Both the position numbers and the translations under genes were made by a program. The notes beneath the pieces were generated by a model. That model was given only the letters and a program-made list of their open reading frames with translations. It did no database searches and was not told where the DNA came from. Of a DNA stretch of 64,000 nt, positions 38,801 to 50,418 are shown one piece after another. The stretch is from Mobula hypostoma (taxonomy: Eukaryota). Every line of letters starts with the position of its first letter. The stretch's first letter is position 1. The DNA is taken from contig NC_086097.1 in assembly GCF_963921235.1 (NCBI RefSeq), positions 214,336,001 through 214,400,000 of the forward strand. The letters are read 5' to 3'.

Positions 38801-40320
38801 GAAGGTCCAAGTATTTTAAAGTCTGAAGTTCGTAATGCAATAAATAAGATGAAGAAAGGAAAGGCAGCAGGTCCTGGTGAATTAGTAATAGAACAAATTA
38901 TTGCCCTTGAAGATTATGGAATTGAAAAACTTACTGATTTAATCAATGACATTTATGAAACTGGAATAATATCAGAAGAGATGAAATAATCAGTATTTAT
39001 CGCTCTTCCCAAAAAAGCTAGAGCAATAGAATATGAATTACATAGGCCCATAAGTTTAATGAGTCATATCACCAAGATACTTCCAAGAATTTTGATGACA
39101 AGAGCTGAAAGTAAGATACAAGCAGAAATAGGCAAAGAACAATGTGGTTTTGTGAAAGACAAAGGTACAAGAAACACAATATTGATGTGAAGGATACTAT
39201 CAGAACGAGCTATTCAAGTGCAAAAAGATTTGTTTGTTTGTTTTATCAACTACACAAAAGCATTTGATAAAGTGAAGCACAATAAGTTATTTGAAATCTT
39301 ACAGAAAACTCTAGATCTAGATTCGAAAGACCTCTGCCTAATCAGAAATCTGCACTGGGAACAAACTGCCACTGTAAGTATAGATGGAGAAGTGAGTCAG
39401 TTTACAAAAATCAAGAGGGGCGTTAGACAAGGGTGCGTTTTCTCCCCTGATTTATTTAATCAAACAATATTACAAAAAAATAAGAGACGTCTTGGGAATC
39501 AAAGTTGGCAGTTAAAACATCAATAATTTCAGATATGCAGATGACACTGTTAATTGCAAGTACGGAGGAAGAACTACAAAACTTAATTGATATAATTGTT
39601 GAAGAAAGAGCAAAAATGGGTCTATCTATCAATTGCAAAAAGACAGAATGTATGGTGATATCCAAAAAGAAGGAGAATCCTATCTGCAGGCTGAGAATAA
39701 ATGGGGAACATAAAACAAGTAAAGAACTTTTGCTATTTAGGAAGCTGGATGACATTAGATGGCAGGTGTGACTTGGGCATCAAAAGAAGAATAGGGATGG
39801 CAAAAGACACCTTTACGAGAATGACGAGTATACTGATCTATACTAAACCAGGCATGACAACCTGCCTCAGAGTACTGAAATGTTACGTTTATCCAGTTAT
39901 GTTATATGGCTCAGAATGTTGGACAATATCTACTAACATGCGGAAACGAATTGTAGCAGCAGAGATGTGGTTTTTGAGGAGGATGCAAAGAATATCATAG
40001 ACGAAACAAATATCTAACGAGGATGTCATGAACAGAGCAAAGACAAGAAGAGAAATAATGTATGAGATCAGGAAAAGGTAATGTGACTTCATTGGACATG
40101 TGATTAGGAAAGAGGAGTTAGAATGCACAGTAAATATGGGAAAGATTGAAGGGAAAAAAGCAAGAGGAAGACAAAGACAAATGATGGTGGAGACAGCAGC
40201 CAGAGAATTGGAAATGAATACCAATGAATTGATCCACTTGACCCGAAACAGGAGTATGTGGGTCATGGCAATCAAACCTCAAACTGGGCATGGCACCTGA
40301 TGATGATGATGATGATGATG
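35857..40320 (+). mobile_element. Near full-length RTE-clade LINE (APE endonuclease + RT), inactivated
   Basis: TWNVRTL, SKVRW.GAG, QVYAPT, MGDLNAKVG (endonuclease). GKAAGPG, FINYTKAFDKV, KRGVRQGCVFSPDLFN, LYGSECWT, GKIEGKKARGRQR (RT). (TGA)n tail at 40298-40320. 9-bp TSD TCTATATCT at 35848-35856 and 40321-40329. Confidence 0.93.
37232..38554 (+). mobile_element. 5'-truncated CR1 inserted in the RTE element
   Basis: SQHGFMMGRSCLTNLLEFF, YLDFQKAFDKVPH, LVRPHLEYCVQFWAP. TCTTGTGATCTTGT tail. 6-bp TSD GAAGAA at 37226-37231 and 38555-38560. Confidence 0.93.
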
Positions 40321-42579
40321 TCTATATCTGTCATGTAATCCCTCCTCCTCCTTAATGTGGGTGTCAATATCTCTTGAAAATGAAAGTTCCCTAAATCTGT
40401 TATCCTTGTCTTTTATTATGATCGAAACATACTCTGTGCTCTCAAAATTTCACTTTTGAAGTCCTCCCATTTACCAACCGTATCTTTGACTGAAAATGAC
40501 CAATCCCAGTCTACACTTGCCAGATCCTTTCTGAACTGGTCTTTCTCCAATTTAGAATGTCAACCTAAGGATCAGACCTATCCTTCTCCATAATTATATT
40601 GAAACTAATGGCACTATGATCACTAGATGCAAAGTGTTCTTCTACACAAGCTGCTGTCACTTGCTCTGCCTCATTCCCTAACTGGACATTTAGTATCACG
40701 TTCCCTCTAGTTGAGACCTCTATGTATTGAATAAGGAAACTTATGAAACTTTATCCCACCTAGCCCTTTTACAGTATGGGAGTCCCAATCAAAATGTGGA
40801 AAGTTCAAATACAACCTTGTGTTTCTTGCAAGGGACACACCTTCCTGCAAGGAAATCAATCACCCTGCAAGGGGCAACCTTCCCGCAAGGATATCAATCG
40901 CCCTGCAATTAGGGTGCAAACCGCTTCATCTGTATAGGTCCCACCTTTCCTGGAAGAGAGCCCAACAATCTAAAAATCTGAAATCCTCCCTCCTGTACCA
41001 TCTCCTTAGCTACGTGTCGAACTGTACTCTTGTCCTGTATCTCATCTCACTAGCTTGTGATATGGGTAGCAATCCTGAGATTACAAGCCTGGAGGTCCTG
41101 TCCTTTAACTTGACACCTATCTCCCTGAGCTCTCGTTACAGGACCTCATCTCCCTTCCTACCCATGACATTGATACTAAGGGGGACCATGATCTCTGGCT
41201 GCTCATCCTCCCACGTGAGAACGCTGTGGACTTGAGCTAAAGTGTCCCTGACTCTGGCATCCGGGAACCTTGTTTTTGTCCACAGAAATTTATTGATTCC
41301 CCTATGACTACAGCTCACCTCTTCTTCCCCCTTCCCTTTTGAGCTACAGAGCCAATCTCAGTACCAGAGACCTGACTGCTGTGGCTTTCCTCATACCCCA
41401 CCCCAACAACATCCAAAGTATTGAGGGGAATGGCCACAGATGTACTTTGTAATAGCCTCCTCCCCCTTTCCCACTTCTGATGATTACCCAATTACCTGTG
41501 TCCTGCACCTCAGGAGTAATTATCTCCCTGTAATCCCCCAGCCTCCCTAATGATTCAAAGTTCATCCATTTCCAGCTCCAGTTCCTTAACATGGTCTGTA
41601 AGAAGCTGCAGCTGGATACACTTCGTCCAGGTGTAGTTGTCAGGGACAGAGGTTCTTCCCCCCCCATCTTGCTGCAAGAGGAGAATTTCACTATCCTGGA
41701 ATCCCCACTGCTCAAACTGTGCAATAAGAATGAAAGTAAGAAAAATTAAATGAAAATATCTACCTGCAGCCTTTCTTTACCAAAGCCTCTATGAGCCTAA
41801 GCCTGAAATCCCCACTCTAATACTGGTCCACTCACACAATGGCCGAGCCACTTAACCCTAACTACTTCTTATTGGACCTTGCCAAGTGCCTAATTACACA
41901 CACTACAGTGTGTCCTAGTGATGTGTGGCGTGCAGAATGTCCTGACTGTCTCTGATCGCTTCTTTTGAAATCTCTCTCACGCTACACACAATCCAATGTC
42001 TCTTAGAGACATAATTATGGAAAAGTATATAGACCATTCCACGGTAAAAGAAAAGTCAATCAGTGAAGGGGCAATTTCAATGAAATGAAAGAACAAACTT
42101 GCCTGGATATTCTGGAATCACAGCTTGGCAGGCAAAACTGTTTTGAAAAATAGGAAGCTTTGAAGTTGGAGATGTTTCAGCTACAATTCTATATATATTT
42201 CCATAGGGAACAATGGTAAAGGAATTAAAGCCAGTGCTCCTTGCATGACCAAAAAGACAGCAGAATGATAAGCAGAATAGATGCAAGATTGCTAGTACAA
42301 GTGAGAACCAGATTGATTACAGGGAGTTCAGAGGGAATGTAATAAAGGAAATGAGATGAAAAAAGGAACCATGAGTAAAGGCTGTCAGTAAGCATTAGAG
42401 GGAATCCAGCGGTGTATTTTCTAGGCAACTGACTGTGTTTTTTAATAATAATAATGACTTTATATAGCACCTTTCATACATTAAGATGCAGGCTCAAAGT
42501 GCTTTACATAGATTGTAAAGATAAATCAATAAGGTCATAAAATATGAAACATAATTAAAAATCATAAGTAAAGAATAAG

Positions 42580-43260
42580 ATCAGCTTTAATATCACCGGC
42601 AAATGCCATGAAACTTGTTGTCTTTGTGCAGCAGTACAAAGCAATATGTAATAGAAAAAACTTAACTACAGTAAGAATAGATATATATTAAATAGTTAAA
42701 TTAAATAAGTAGTGCAAAAATAGAAATAACAAAGGAGTGAGGTGGCGTTTATGTGTTCAATGTCCATTCAGAAATTGGATGGCAGAGGGGAAGAAGCAGT
42801 TCCTGAATCACTGTGTGTGTGCCTTCAGGCTTCTGTACCTCCTTTCCTGACAGTAGCAAGACGAGAACAGGACATGTTCTGGGTGATGCCTTTTTGAAAC
42901 ACCGTTCACTGAAGATATGCTGGATACTACGGAGCCTAGGGCCTATGATGGAGCTGACTAAGTTACAACTCTCTGCAGCTTTATTTCGATCCTGTGCAAT
43001 AGTTTCCTCCCCCCTGCCACCCCCCACCACCACCCATATCAGATGGTGATGAAGCCAGTTAGAATGCTCTCCATGGTACATGGGTAGAAAGTTTTGAGTG
43101 TCTTTGGTGACATACCAAATCTCCTCAAACTCCTAATGAAATACAGCCACTGTCATGACTTCTTTGTAACTGCGTTGATATGTTGAGCCCACGACAGATC
43201 CTCAGAGATGTTGACACCCAGCAACTTGAAATTGCTGACTTTTTCCACTTCTGATCCATT
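42580..43260 (-). mobile_element. Rex1/Babar-like LINE 3' fragment
   Basis: Reverse-complement match to the 13200-13800 copy (both give a YHGEHS.. reading); FKLLGVNISEDL motif near 43200. Confidence 0.8.
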
Positions 43261-43598
43261 ACATAGAATAAAATGTAATTGAACGTACAGAATTATATAA
43301 ATGTAGTAACATCAGCAGTCAATAAATACTCCTACAAGCAGGCCAAATTTTTTTAAAACGTAGGTTTGCAAATGTGTTTTGAAATGTTCCACAGTACAGT
43401 ACTAGCCTAGCATATCTCCATCAATAGAGCATACCAGATTTTTGGTGCATAAGTACAGAAGGCCGCATCACCAGTTCTTATATACTTGGCTCCAGGAACA
43501 CAAAGCAAACCGGTGTTTGTGGAACTAAGATTATGGTTAGGGATGTAAGGGGATAGATGCTCCAAAATATCAACTCTTCTCAGGCTTCCAGCCGAGTA

Positions 43599-43663
43599 CA
43601 GGTATCGATTATAACTGGTGTTTCGATGATGAACTCTGCCATCTTCTTCAGGGATGATGCCTG
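43599..43663 (-). ncRNA. Decayed type I hammerhead ribozyme motif in the Penelope terminal repeat
   Basis: Minus strand: CAGGCATCATCC-CTGAAGA-AGATGGCAGAGTTCATCATC-GAAAC-ACC-AGTT..GATACCTG. Core boxes present, distal stem I 7/8 paired; the cleavage triplet is ACC rather than GTC. Confidence 0.65.
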
Positions 43664-44726
43664 GGCATGTCTAGTTTGGTGGTACTGTAGTCCGTCCCTC
43701 CTGATTGGTTAGTCCTCGTCCAATCAGGTTTCCACTTGCCCACCTTGTTTACAATCAAATTCCTGTTCTTAATTGAGCAAGACCTTCGTCTTTGTTAAAA
43801 TTCTTTGTCTTGTTTTATTTCAATGGCTTCCTTCACCAGGTGGTCCCAAAAACCATTGACGCAGCACAGTGGTTTTGTGCTGTTGAAGTCAGTCCTATGG
43901 CTATGGTGATGCAATGTTCTGCTGCTGCTGATTTCTCCGTGTAACCGGAAGGGATACACCTCCTGTGCTCCTTGATGTGGGTTTCCACCGTGAGTCCCAT
44001 CTGGCCGATATACACTGCTCTGCATTCAGGGGGAATCCTGTAATCGCCAGCCAACCTGAGTCCCAGGTCATCTTTGACCTCCTTGAGCTGTGATGAGATT
44101 CCTTATGGGTTTGCCGATGGTATTAATCCGGTATTTCTTCAGGATCCTGGCGATCTTCCAGACATCGTGGAAATGTAGGGAAGGCTGGTGGTGGCGACGA
44201 GTCCCTCCTCATTGCTAGGTTTTCTGGTTTGTCTGTTGGCCCGTTTAAGGGCCTAATTGATTTCCTTCAACTTGAAACCATTCTGTAGGAACGTCGTACA
44301 TAGTCATCTTACTTCCTTGGCAGACTCTCCAGGCTCGAAATAGTTTTCACATGGTTAATCAAAGCAGAAAGAGGCATCTACATTGAGAGGCATGATGGTG
44401 GCTTTTATTGTTGAGGTACAGGTCCACGTGGGTGGGTTTCCAGTAGACACCATGTCAGATTTCTATTGGAATAGAATGTCCAGGAAAGTGGGGAGGGGGG
44501 CAACCATTCTTCTCCATCTCCATTGTAAGCTGAATGTTTAAATGTGTACTGTTCAGATGGTCATGAAACCGTTGGAGTGCATGGAGTCCATGAGGCAACA
44601 CTATGAAGGTCTCATCGATGTATCTGAAGAAGCGTTTAGGGTCCTCCATGTAGAAATTAGCATTAGCTGGCAACAAAGACTATATCCCATGGCCACTCCA
44701 TCCATTTATTCATCGTGGTTCCCCTT

Positions 44727-45612
44727 ATCAGACCAGAATCCAGTCAAGATGGCACCAGTGAGCAATGCTCCCTGGTCAACGTCTTCCAGATAACTGATGG
44801 AAATAGCTTTTTTTTACTTATGTTTTCACCTTAAATGTGTTTCTGGGACTGTTAGAGCCTGTGGTTTACAGCTTGAAGTTTGTTAGAGTGGCCCAGCGCG
44901 TTGCTGGCTCTGAGAAAATTCTGGGAAACGAGTGCACACTCGGACGGTCTTGCTGTGGAAAAACTTCATTGGTGTTCGACTCCATTTTGCCCTTTAAAGC
45001 GTCCATTAATCACCAATTAAGGCATCGAGGCAGATTGAGACATCGAGGTGAATGTGGAAGGTGAGCGGGAGTTCAGCGCAGACTGCCTTCCTTTTGATTG
45101 CTGCCGGAAAAGGAGTCAGTGAGCAGCCTATCGCTGTGCGGCTCACTGCGGCAGGCAGGTAGGGCTCTCTAGCTCATGTGGTGTCCCTGTCTTTCAAAGA
45201 ATGTCTGTAAGATCGTAGGACGGTATCGTGGTTCTGTGTTTATGAATTGGACTACTGAGCTTATGGACTGTGGACTTTGTCAGACTTACGGTTTTTATAT
45301 TCTGTGTTCTTTTATCACCCATCCCTTTTCAGCTTTGTGCGAGGGGAGGGTGTTTGGTGGTTGATACTCTGTTAGTGTTCTGTTAGTGTGGGGAGGGGCT
45401 GATCTTTTGGGGGTAAATCTTCCTGTTTTGTGTGGGAGGGGGAGGGTGGTCAATGATTTGGCATGCTATTCTTTTTTGTATGGGGGGAGGTGGGTTTGAT
45501 GTTTCTCTCTGAATGGCTTTCACGTTCTTTCTTTGTTTCATGGCTTTCTGGAGAAATACAAAATTCTGTGTTGTATAAGGATATGAGCTTTGATAATAAA
45601 TGGAGCTTTGAA
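44727..45612 (+). mobile_element. ~890-bp non-coding insertion inside the Penelope RT
   Basis: Splits LTSLHFPCKG / NH..DGVAMG. Starts near CAAGATGGCACC and ends AATAAATGGAGCTTTGAA. CCTT at both junctions. Confidence 0.7.
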
Positions 45613-46559
45613 CCTTTACAGGGGAAGTGTAAAGATGTGAGGGGATGTTCAAAAAGATCAGTGATACCCTTATCTAACCTTGACCGCAGGAGGACTAAGC
45701 TGTCCTTAATGGGAACTCTTGTGAACACCATGTCGAAACCGACCATTATGTCAGCTGGATGTTGGTTATTATTTTAATGAAGTTGGTCGAATTTGTGGTG
45801 TGGTGCTCAAAGTCCCCAACAAAGAAAAGCAGCGTGGTCGTTAGATGCTTAGTGAGGCAGTCAGTCAGAGAATCTGTCCCACTGACGATAGGCCTCGAGG
45901 GGAATCCCTCTTTGTGTATCTTAGGAGCCCGGAAAGTCTTGGTGGTATTGGCACCTGAGGCAGAATGGTCTTTCATATGTGTGTTGGCAGTCCAGGTTTC
46001 CTCAGTAAAGCAAAGGTCGACTTGACCATTGAATCAGTGGGATCCTGCTGTAGAACTCTGTAGGAAGGTTCATCCAAAATCAATGCTTGGTTGGCTCATT
46101 GTAGAATGTGCTGAGCCACCAGAGACCCCACTGTGGAATGCACCCCCACGATCTTCGGGATGATGTCCTTGTCCTGGCATCTCTGAAGGAAGGCTAAAGA
46201 ACAAAGAAGCATCACCTTCTTTACGCAATGATTCAAAGCGACGAATATTGCGGTGAACTTCTTCCCTGCAGAGGAAAGTGAAAAAGGATCTAGTGCTTTC
46301 CCAGCGTATATGACCGGCTTCCAGCCGGATACAGGTATTGATTATATTGATACCTGTACCTGGCTAGAAGCCTGAGAAGAGTTTATTCATCATATGTGCC
46401 GGGAAAGCACTAGATCCTTTTTCACTCCAAAATATATGGAGGAGATAGATTATTCAGAGCCTTATGTACAATTAGAGTATTTAAAAATTAACCCTAAAGG
46501 GCATAGGCAGCCAGTGCAATGATGCTAAAACTGGTGAAATTGCTCAGTTTCTGATTTTT

Positions 46560-47870
46560 GGTTTTGTAGGGATGTTATCAGGAGAGGGGTTGTGAGCAGA
46601 AGGTTGGAGATGAAGAGAAAGCAGTCAGGAACTCTACTGACGGAGGAGAGGATATGGCTGAAGTGCTGAGTGTGTACTTGACCAATCTACCCCAGAGAGG
46701 TGCTGCTGGAGTCTCGGCAGATGAATGTGTAATTGAGATTCTGAAAGGGCAATAGAGGAGGTACAAGGAGGACTGTACCTACAGAATATTGAAAGGACTA
46801 GATATGGTAGATATGGAGAAGATGTTTCCTTTTAGCCAAGGAGTAGTAAATCTGTGAAATGCTCTGTCACAGACTGCGGTGGAGTTGATAGTTTCCTGAT
46901 CAGTCAGGCATCAAAGGCTATGATGAGAAGGCAGGTTGTATGGGACTGAGTGGGAACCAGGATCAGCCATGATGGAATGCTGGAGCAGACTCGATGGGCT
47001 GAATGGCCTAATTCTGCTTCTATGTCTTACGGTCTTATGGACTGGCCTAATTCAAAGTAGATAAATCACTAGTTCCAGATGGGATCAACTTATGATTGCT
47101 GAGAGAACTAAAGCAGGAAATTTGCAGAGGCCTTAGAATCTATAGATTCAGAGCTGGTACCTGAGGATTGGAAAACAAAACTGTAGGGATAAATTCAGTC
47201 ACTATGGACAAATCAGTGTTATCTTTGATAATAGGTTAAGTTCTATAAAAGATAACCAGAACAGCATTAGTGATTACTTGGTCAGCAGTGCATTAGGTAT
47301 GATGATTAACTAACAGAGAGGAGACAGTGTTGATGTGCTATCTATGAATTTTCATTACAGTATATATTTGACAAAATGCCATATGTTCATTTGTTATCAG
47401 AACTTAGAATTTGAAATAAAAGGGACTGCTGCTGTTCCAACATTGGCAAACTAGTAGGAGAAGAGACTTCTCAGCCTGGAATTTCCCAGGGATTGGAATT
47501 ACTGTCCCTGATTTTATCGATCAATGCCTCGGACTTGAATATGTAGGACACAAATTGCAGATCCGCAGATGACATAAAATTTGGAGGCATGGAGAAATAT
47601 GAGGAGAGGAGCAATAGACTTAACAGGAATATAGACAGACAGGTAGAATGGTGGCAGATGAAATTTAATGCTGATAGAAGCATTACATTTTATACAAAGA
47701 ATAACAAAAAAAGGAAGAGACAGCTCAAAAAGATGTATAAGAACAGAGAGAACTGGGTCATATATGCATATCTCATTGAAAGTGGCAGGCCAGTTTGAGA
47801 AATGAATTAAAAAGCACAAGAGACCTTGGCTTTTGTTATTACAGTAAAAGAGAAACATCATGATAAATCA
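46560..47870 (+). mobile_element. Degraded CR1 fragments, including a 3' end at ~46780-47041
   Basis: WWQMKFNAD motif; GAGCAGACTCGATGGGCTGAATGGCC..TCTTACGGTCTTATGG terminus. Confidence 0.65.
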
Positions 47871-47889
47871 TCATATCAGACTGGCATCC

Positions 47890-48380
47890 ACAACTCTTGG
47901 GGGAGGGGTGAAGTAAATAGCTGGGAAGTTGATGGGTGAAAGTGATACAGGGTTGGAGAAGGGGGAGTCTGATAGGAGCACCAGAGGCAGCTTCCAACCT
48001 GATGGCATGAGCATCGATTTCTTGAACTACCGATAATGCATCCACCCTCCGTTTCACCATTCCCCATTCCCATTTCCCTCTCTCACCTTGTCACCTCCCT
48101 CTGGTGCTCCTCCACCTTTTCTTTCTTCCACGGCCTTCTGTCCTCTCCTATCAGACTCCCCATGTATCTCTCTCATCAAGCAACTTTACTTCGCCTCTCC
48201 CCCTCAGTTTCAGCGACCACCTTGTGGTCTGTCCTCCCCTCTCCCCACTTTCTTATTCTGAGTCCTCATCTATTTTTTCCCAGCTGTGATAGCGGGTCTT
48301 AGCCCGAAACATCAACTGTACTCTTTTCCACAGATGCCCCCTGGTCTGCTGAGATCCTCCAGCATATTGTGTGTGATCCA
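47890..48380. repeat. Penelope-derived repeat with a partial inverted copy
   Basis: GGGGGAGTCTGATAGGAG (~47962) is the reverse complement of CTCCTATCAGACTCCCC (~48145). Ends GGGTCTTAGCCCGAAACATCAACTG..CCTCCAGCAT. Confidence 0.7.
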
Positions 48381-48914
48381 GTCGTATAGTGTTTGTTATT
48401 CCTGCTTAACCTCAACGTGTGCAGAACTTTGCAGAATCTTTTCAGGGTTCTGATAATGAATTCGATAAATTGATCATTCTGGATGTAATGCAGACCAACT
48501 AACAAGCTTTCCACTGTTAAAACATTTTTGCTGTGTTTAATTTTAAAACAATGAAAGAAAATGGAGGTATTTCACTGAATGTAAAATGTGATATTTTCAT
48601 TGTAATTTCTCAAGCACAGAAATGAAGACTGAACTTGTGACTGAATCTGTGTGCGAATGTGTAGAATTAGTAGGTTTATGACATACTGTGTTTCTTAATC
48701 ATAACAAGGATTTCCCACAAGTTTTTGAATATAATCAACCAGAAAACAAATGCTTTTCTGCACTATAATTGAATGATAAACTATATTTTTCCATTTTCTT
48801 GGCATTACTTAATGATTAATGCTAACAATCCTACACAGTTAGCCCAGTAATCAATTATTAGAAATTATCCATTGAAATATCTTCCATTATGACAGGTGTG
48901 ATGATGAAACAGTA

Positions 48915-49175
48915 AAGGAAAGGTAAGTCGCATCCGGAGTTTTTCCGGTTAGCGGACCATTTCCCTCCACGCCTCTCTGACGTAGTGGGGAACCACGTAC
49001 GAGGCAAGTTATAGCAGTGGTTTGCCATTGCCTTCTGCCAGGTGAGTTTCCAAAGAGATCACCAGCTCGTAACCCAGCACGATGGAAAGCATGCAGGGGA
49101 GCCAGCTGGCTGGATTTGAACTTGGGACCTTTCGTCCTGAAGTCCGGCACTGATGCCACTATGCCACCAGCCGGG
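48915..49175 (-). mobile_element. tRNA-derived SINE
   Basis: Minus strand: TGGCATAGTGG (A box), AGTTCAAATCC (B box), GGCAATGGCAAACCACT segment, CCTTTCCTTT tail. Confidence 0.75.
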
Positions 49176-49949
49176 TCTATGAAACAGTATTTCATGATAA
49201 AGAGGCAGTGAACAAAAGTCCTTGACATGGTGAGTAGAAAAAAACTATCAATGAATAGGGCACTGCTTTCTGCTCCTTGAACAATGAACCTTTCCCAGGA
49301 AATGCTATTGTTGATGGTTAATATCTGCTATAATTCTCACACAAAATATACATCTGAGTTTAGAGACTGAGAGTCTTTAATATCTTCCAACACTAGGGTT
49401 AGTACTGTAATGATTGAATTTTAATATACAGCAATGTGCATAAGTTCTAATAATCAAAGATCACTAATGCCCTCTAATGAAGGCAGTAATTCCTCATACA
49501 GTATGATTCCATGTGTGTTGCCTTGCTTAAGTGCTCATCAATTCACTTGCTAAATTAGTCCGTGAGAACTTGCTGTCCAGCTGCTCATGAGATATTATTG
49601 GCAAAACCAGGTCCATCTCCTTTTAAATGTTAAACTTTCTGGCAGGAATGTCTGGATAATAATAATCAAGAGCATGATCTCTGGCAGAATTCTTCCTATC
49701 TGAGATTATGTGACTATCATATCTACTGCCTGTGATGGACTTAAAAGACACTGTGCCTGGAATTTCAAAGAGAAGTGGTGATCCTAGAGAACATTTATTC
49801 TTCACTCACTCAAATCCCTAAAACAGATTAACTGAACATTATCACTGACATTTTGTGTAGAACCCTGCTTTGTGTACTTTTCCCATCATATTTCATTATA
49901 ATAACCATAGTTGTAAAAGCACTAAATTAGATAATTTGGTCGAAGTGTG

Positions 49950-50418
49950 GAATTGAATTGAATTGACTTTATTTCTTACATCCTTCACATACACAAGGAG
50001 TAAAAATCCTTACGTTACGTCTCCATCTAAATGTGCAATGTGCAATTTATAATAATTTATAATATTATGTACAACAGGACAGTCAATATAACATAAAAAT
50101 ACAACTGTATCAGCTTGAATTAAGCAGTCTGATGGCCTGGCAGAGGAGACTGTCCTGGAGCCTGTTGGTCCTGGCTTTTATGCTGCGGTACTGTTTCCCG
50201 GATGGCAGCAGCTGGAAAAGTTTGTGGTTGAGGTGGCTTGGGTCCCCAATGATCCTTTGAGTCCTTTTTACACACCTGTCTCTGTAAATATCCTGAATGG
50301 TGGGAAGTTCACATCTACAGATGCACTGGGCTGTCCACACCACTCTCTGCAGAGTCCTGCGTTTGAGGGAAGTACAGTTCCCGTACCAGGCAGTGATGCA
50401 GTTAGTCAGGATGCTCTG
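49950..50418 (-). mobile_element. Rex1/Babar-like 3' fragment
   Basis: SILTNCITAWYGNC..LFQLLPSGKQYRSIKARTNRL; (AATTG)n tail on the + strand. Same subfamily as 61845-62290. Confidence 0.88.

Larger units (their letters stand above)
33915..41900 (-). mobile_element. Near full-length decayed CR1 LINE, split by a SINE and an RTE element
   Basis: 3' end at ~33915. LYKMLVRPNLEHCVQFWSP (34262-34591). SQHGFVCGRS..YMDFSKAFDK (34925-35155). Endonuclease region at 40330-40800. ORF1 FPDARVRD..INVMGRKGDEVL and zinc-finger-like region at 40900-41720. Confidence 0.85.
43571..46424 (-). mobile_element. Penelope-like element (RT + GIY-YIG endonuclease), inactivated
   Basis: YRIPPECRAVYIGQ..IKEHRR and LVKEAIEI (GIY-YIG, 43795-44054). 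PKIHKEGFPSRPIVS, GFDMVFTRVPI, DGVAMG, FRYIDETF (RT). 11-bp TSD CTCCAAAATAT at 43560-43570 and 46425-46435. Confidence 0.92.
43340..46550 (-). mobile_element. Short L2-like LINE remnant (43340-43570 plus 46436-46550) split by the Penelope insertion
   Basis: The flanks join across the TSD into one continuous decayed LINE C-terminal segment. Confidence 0.4.
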
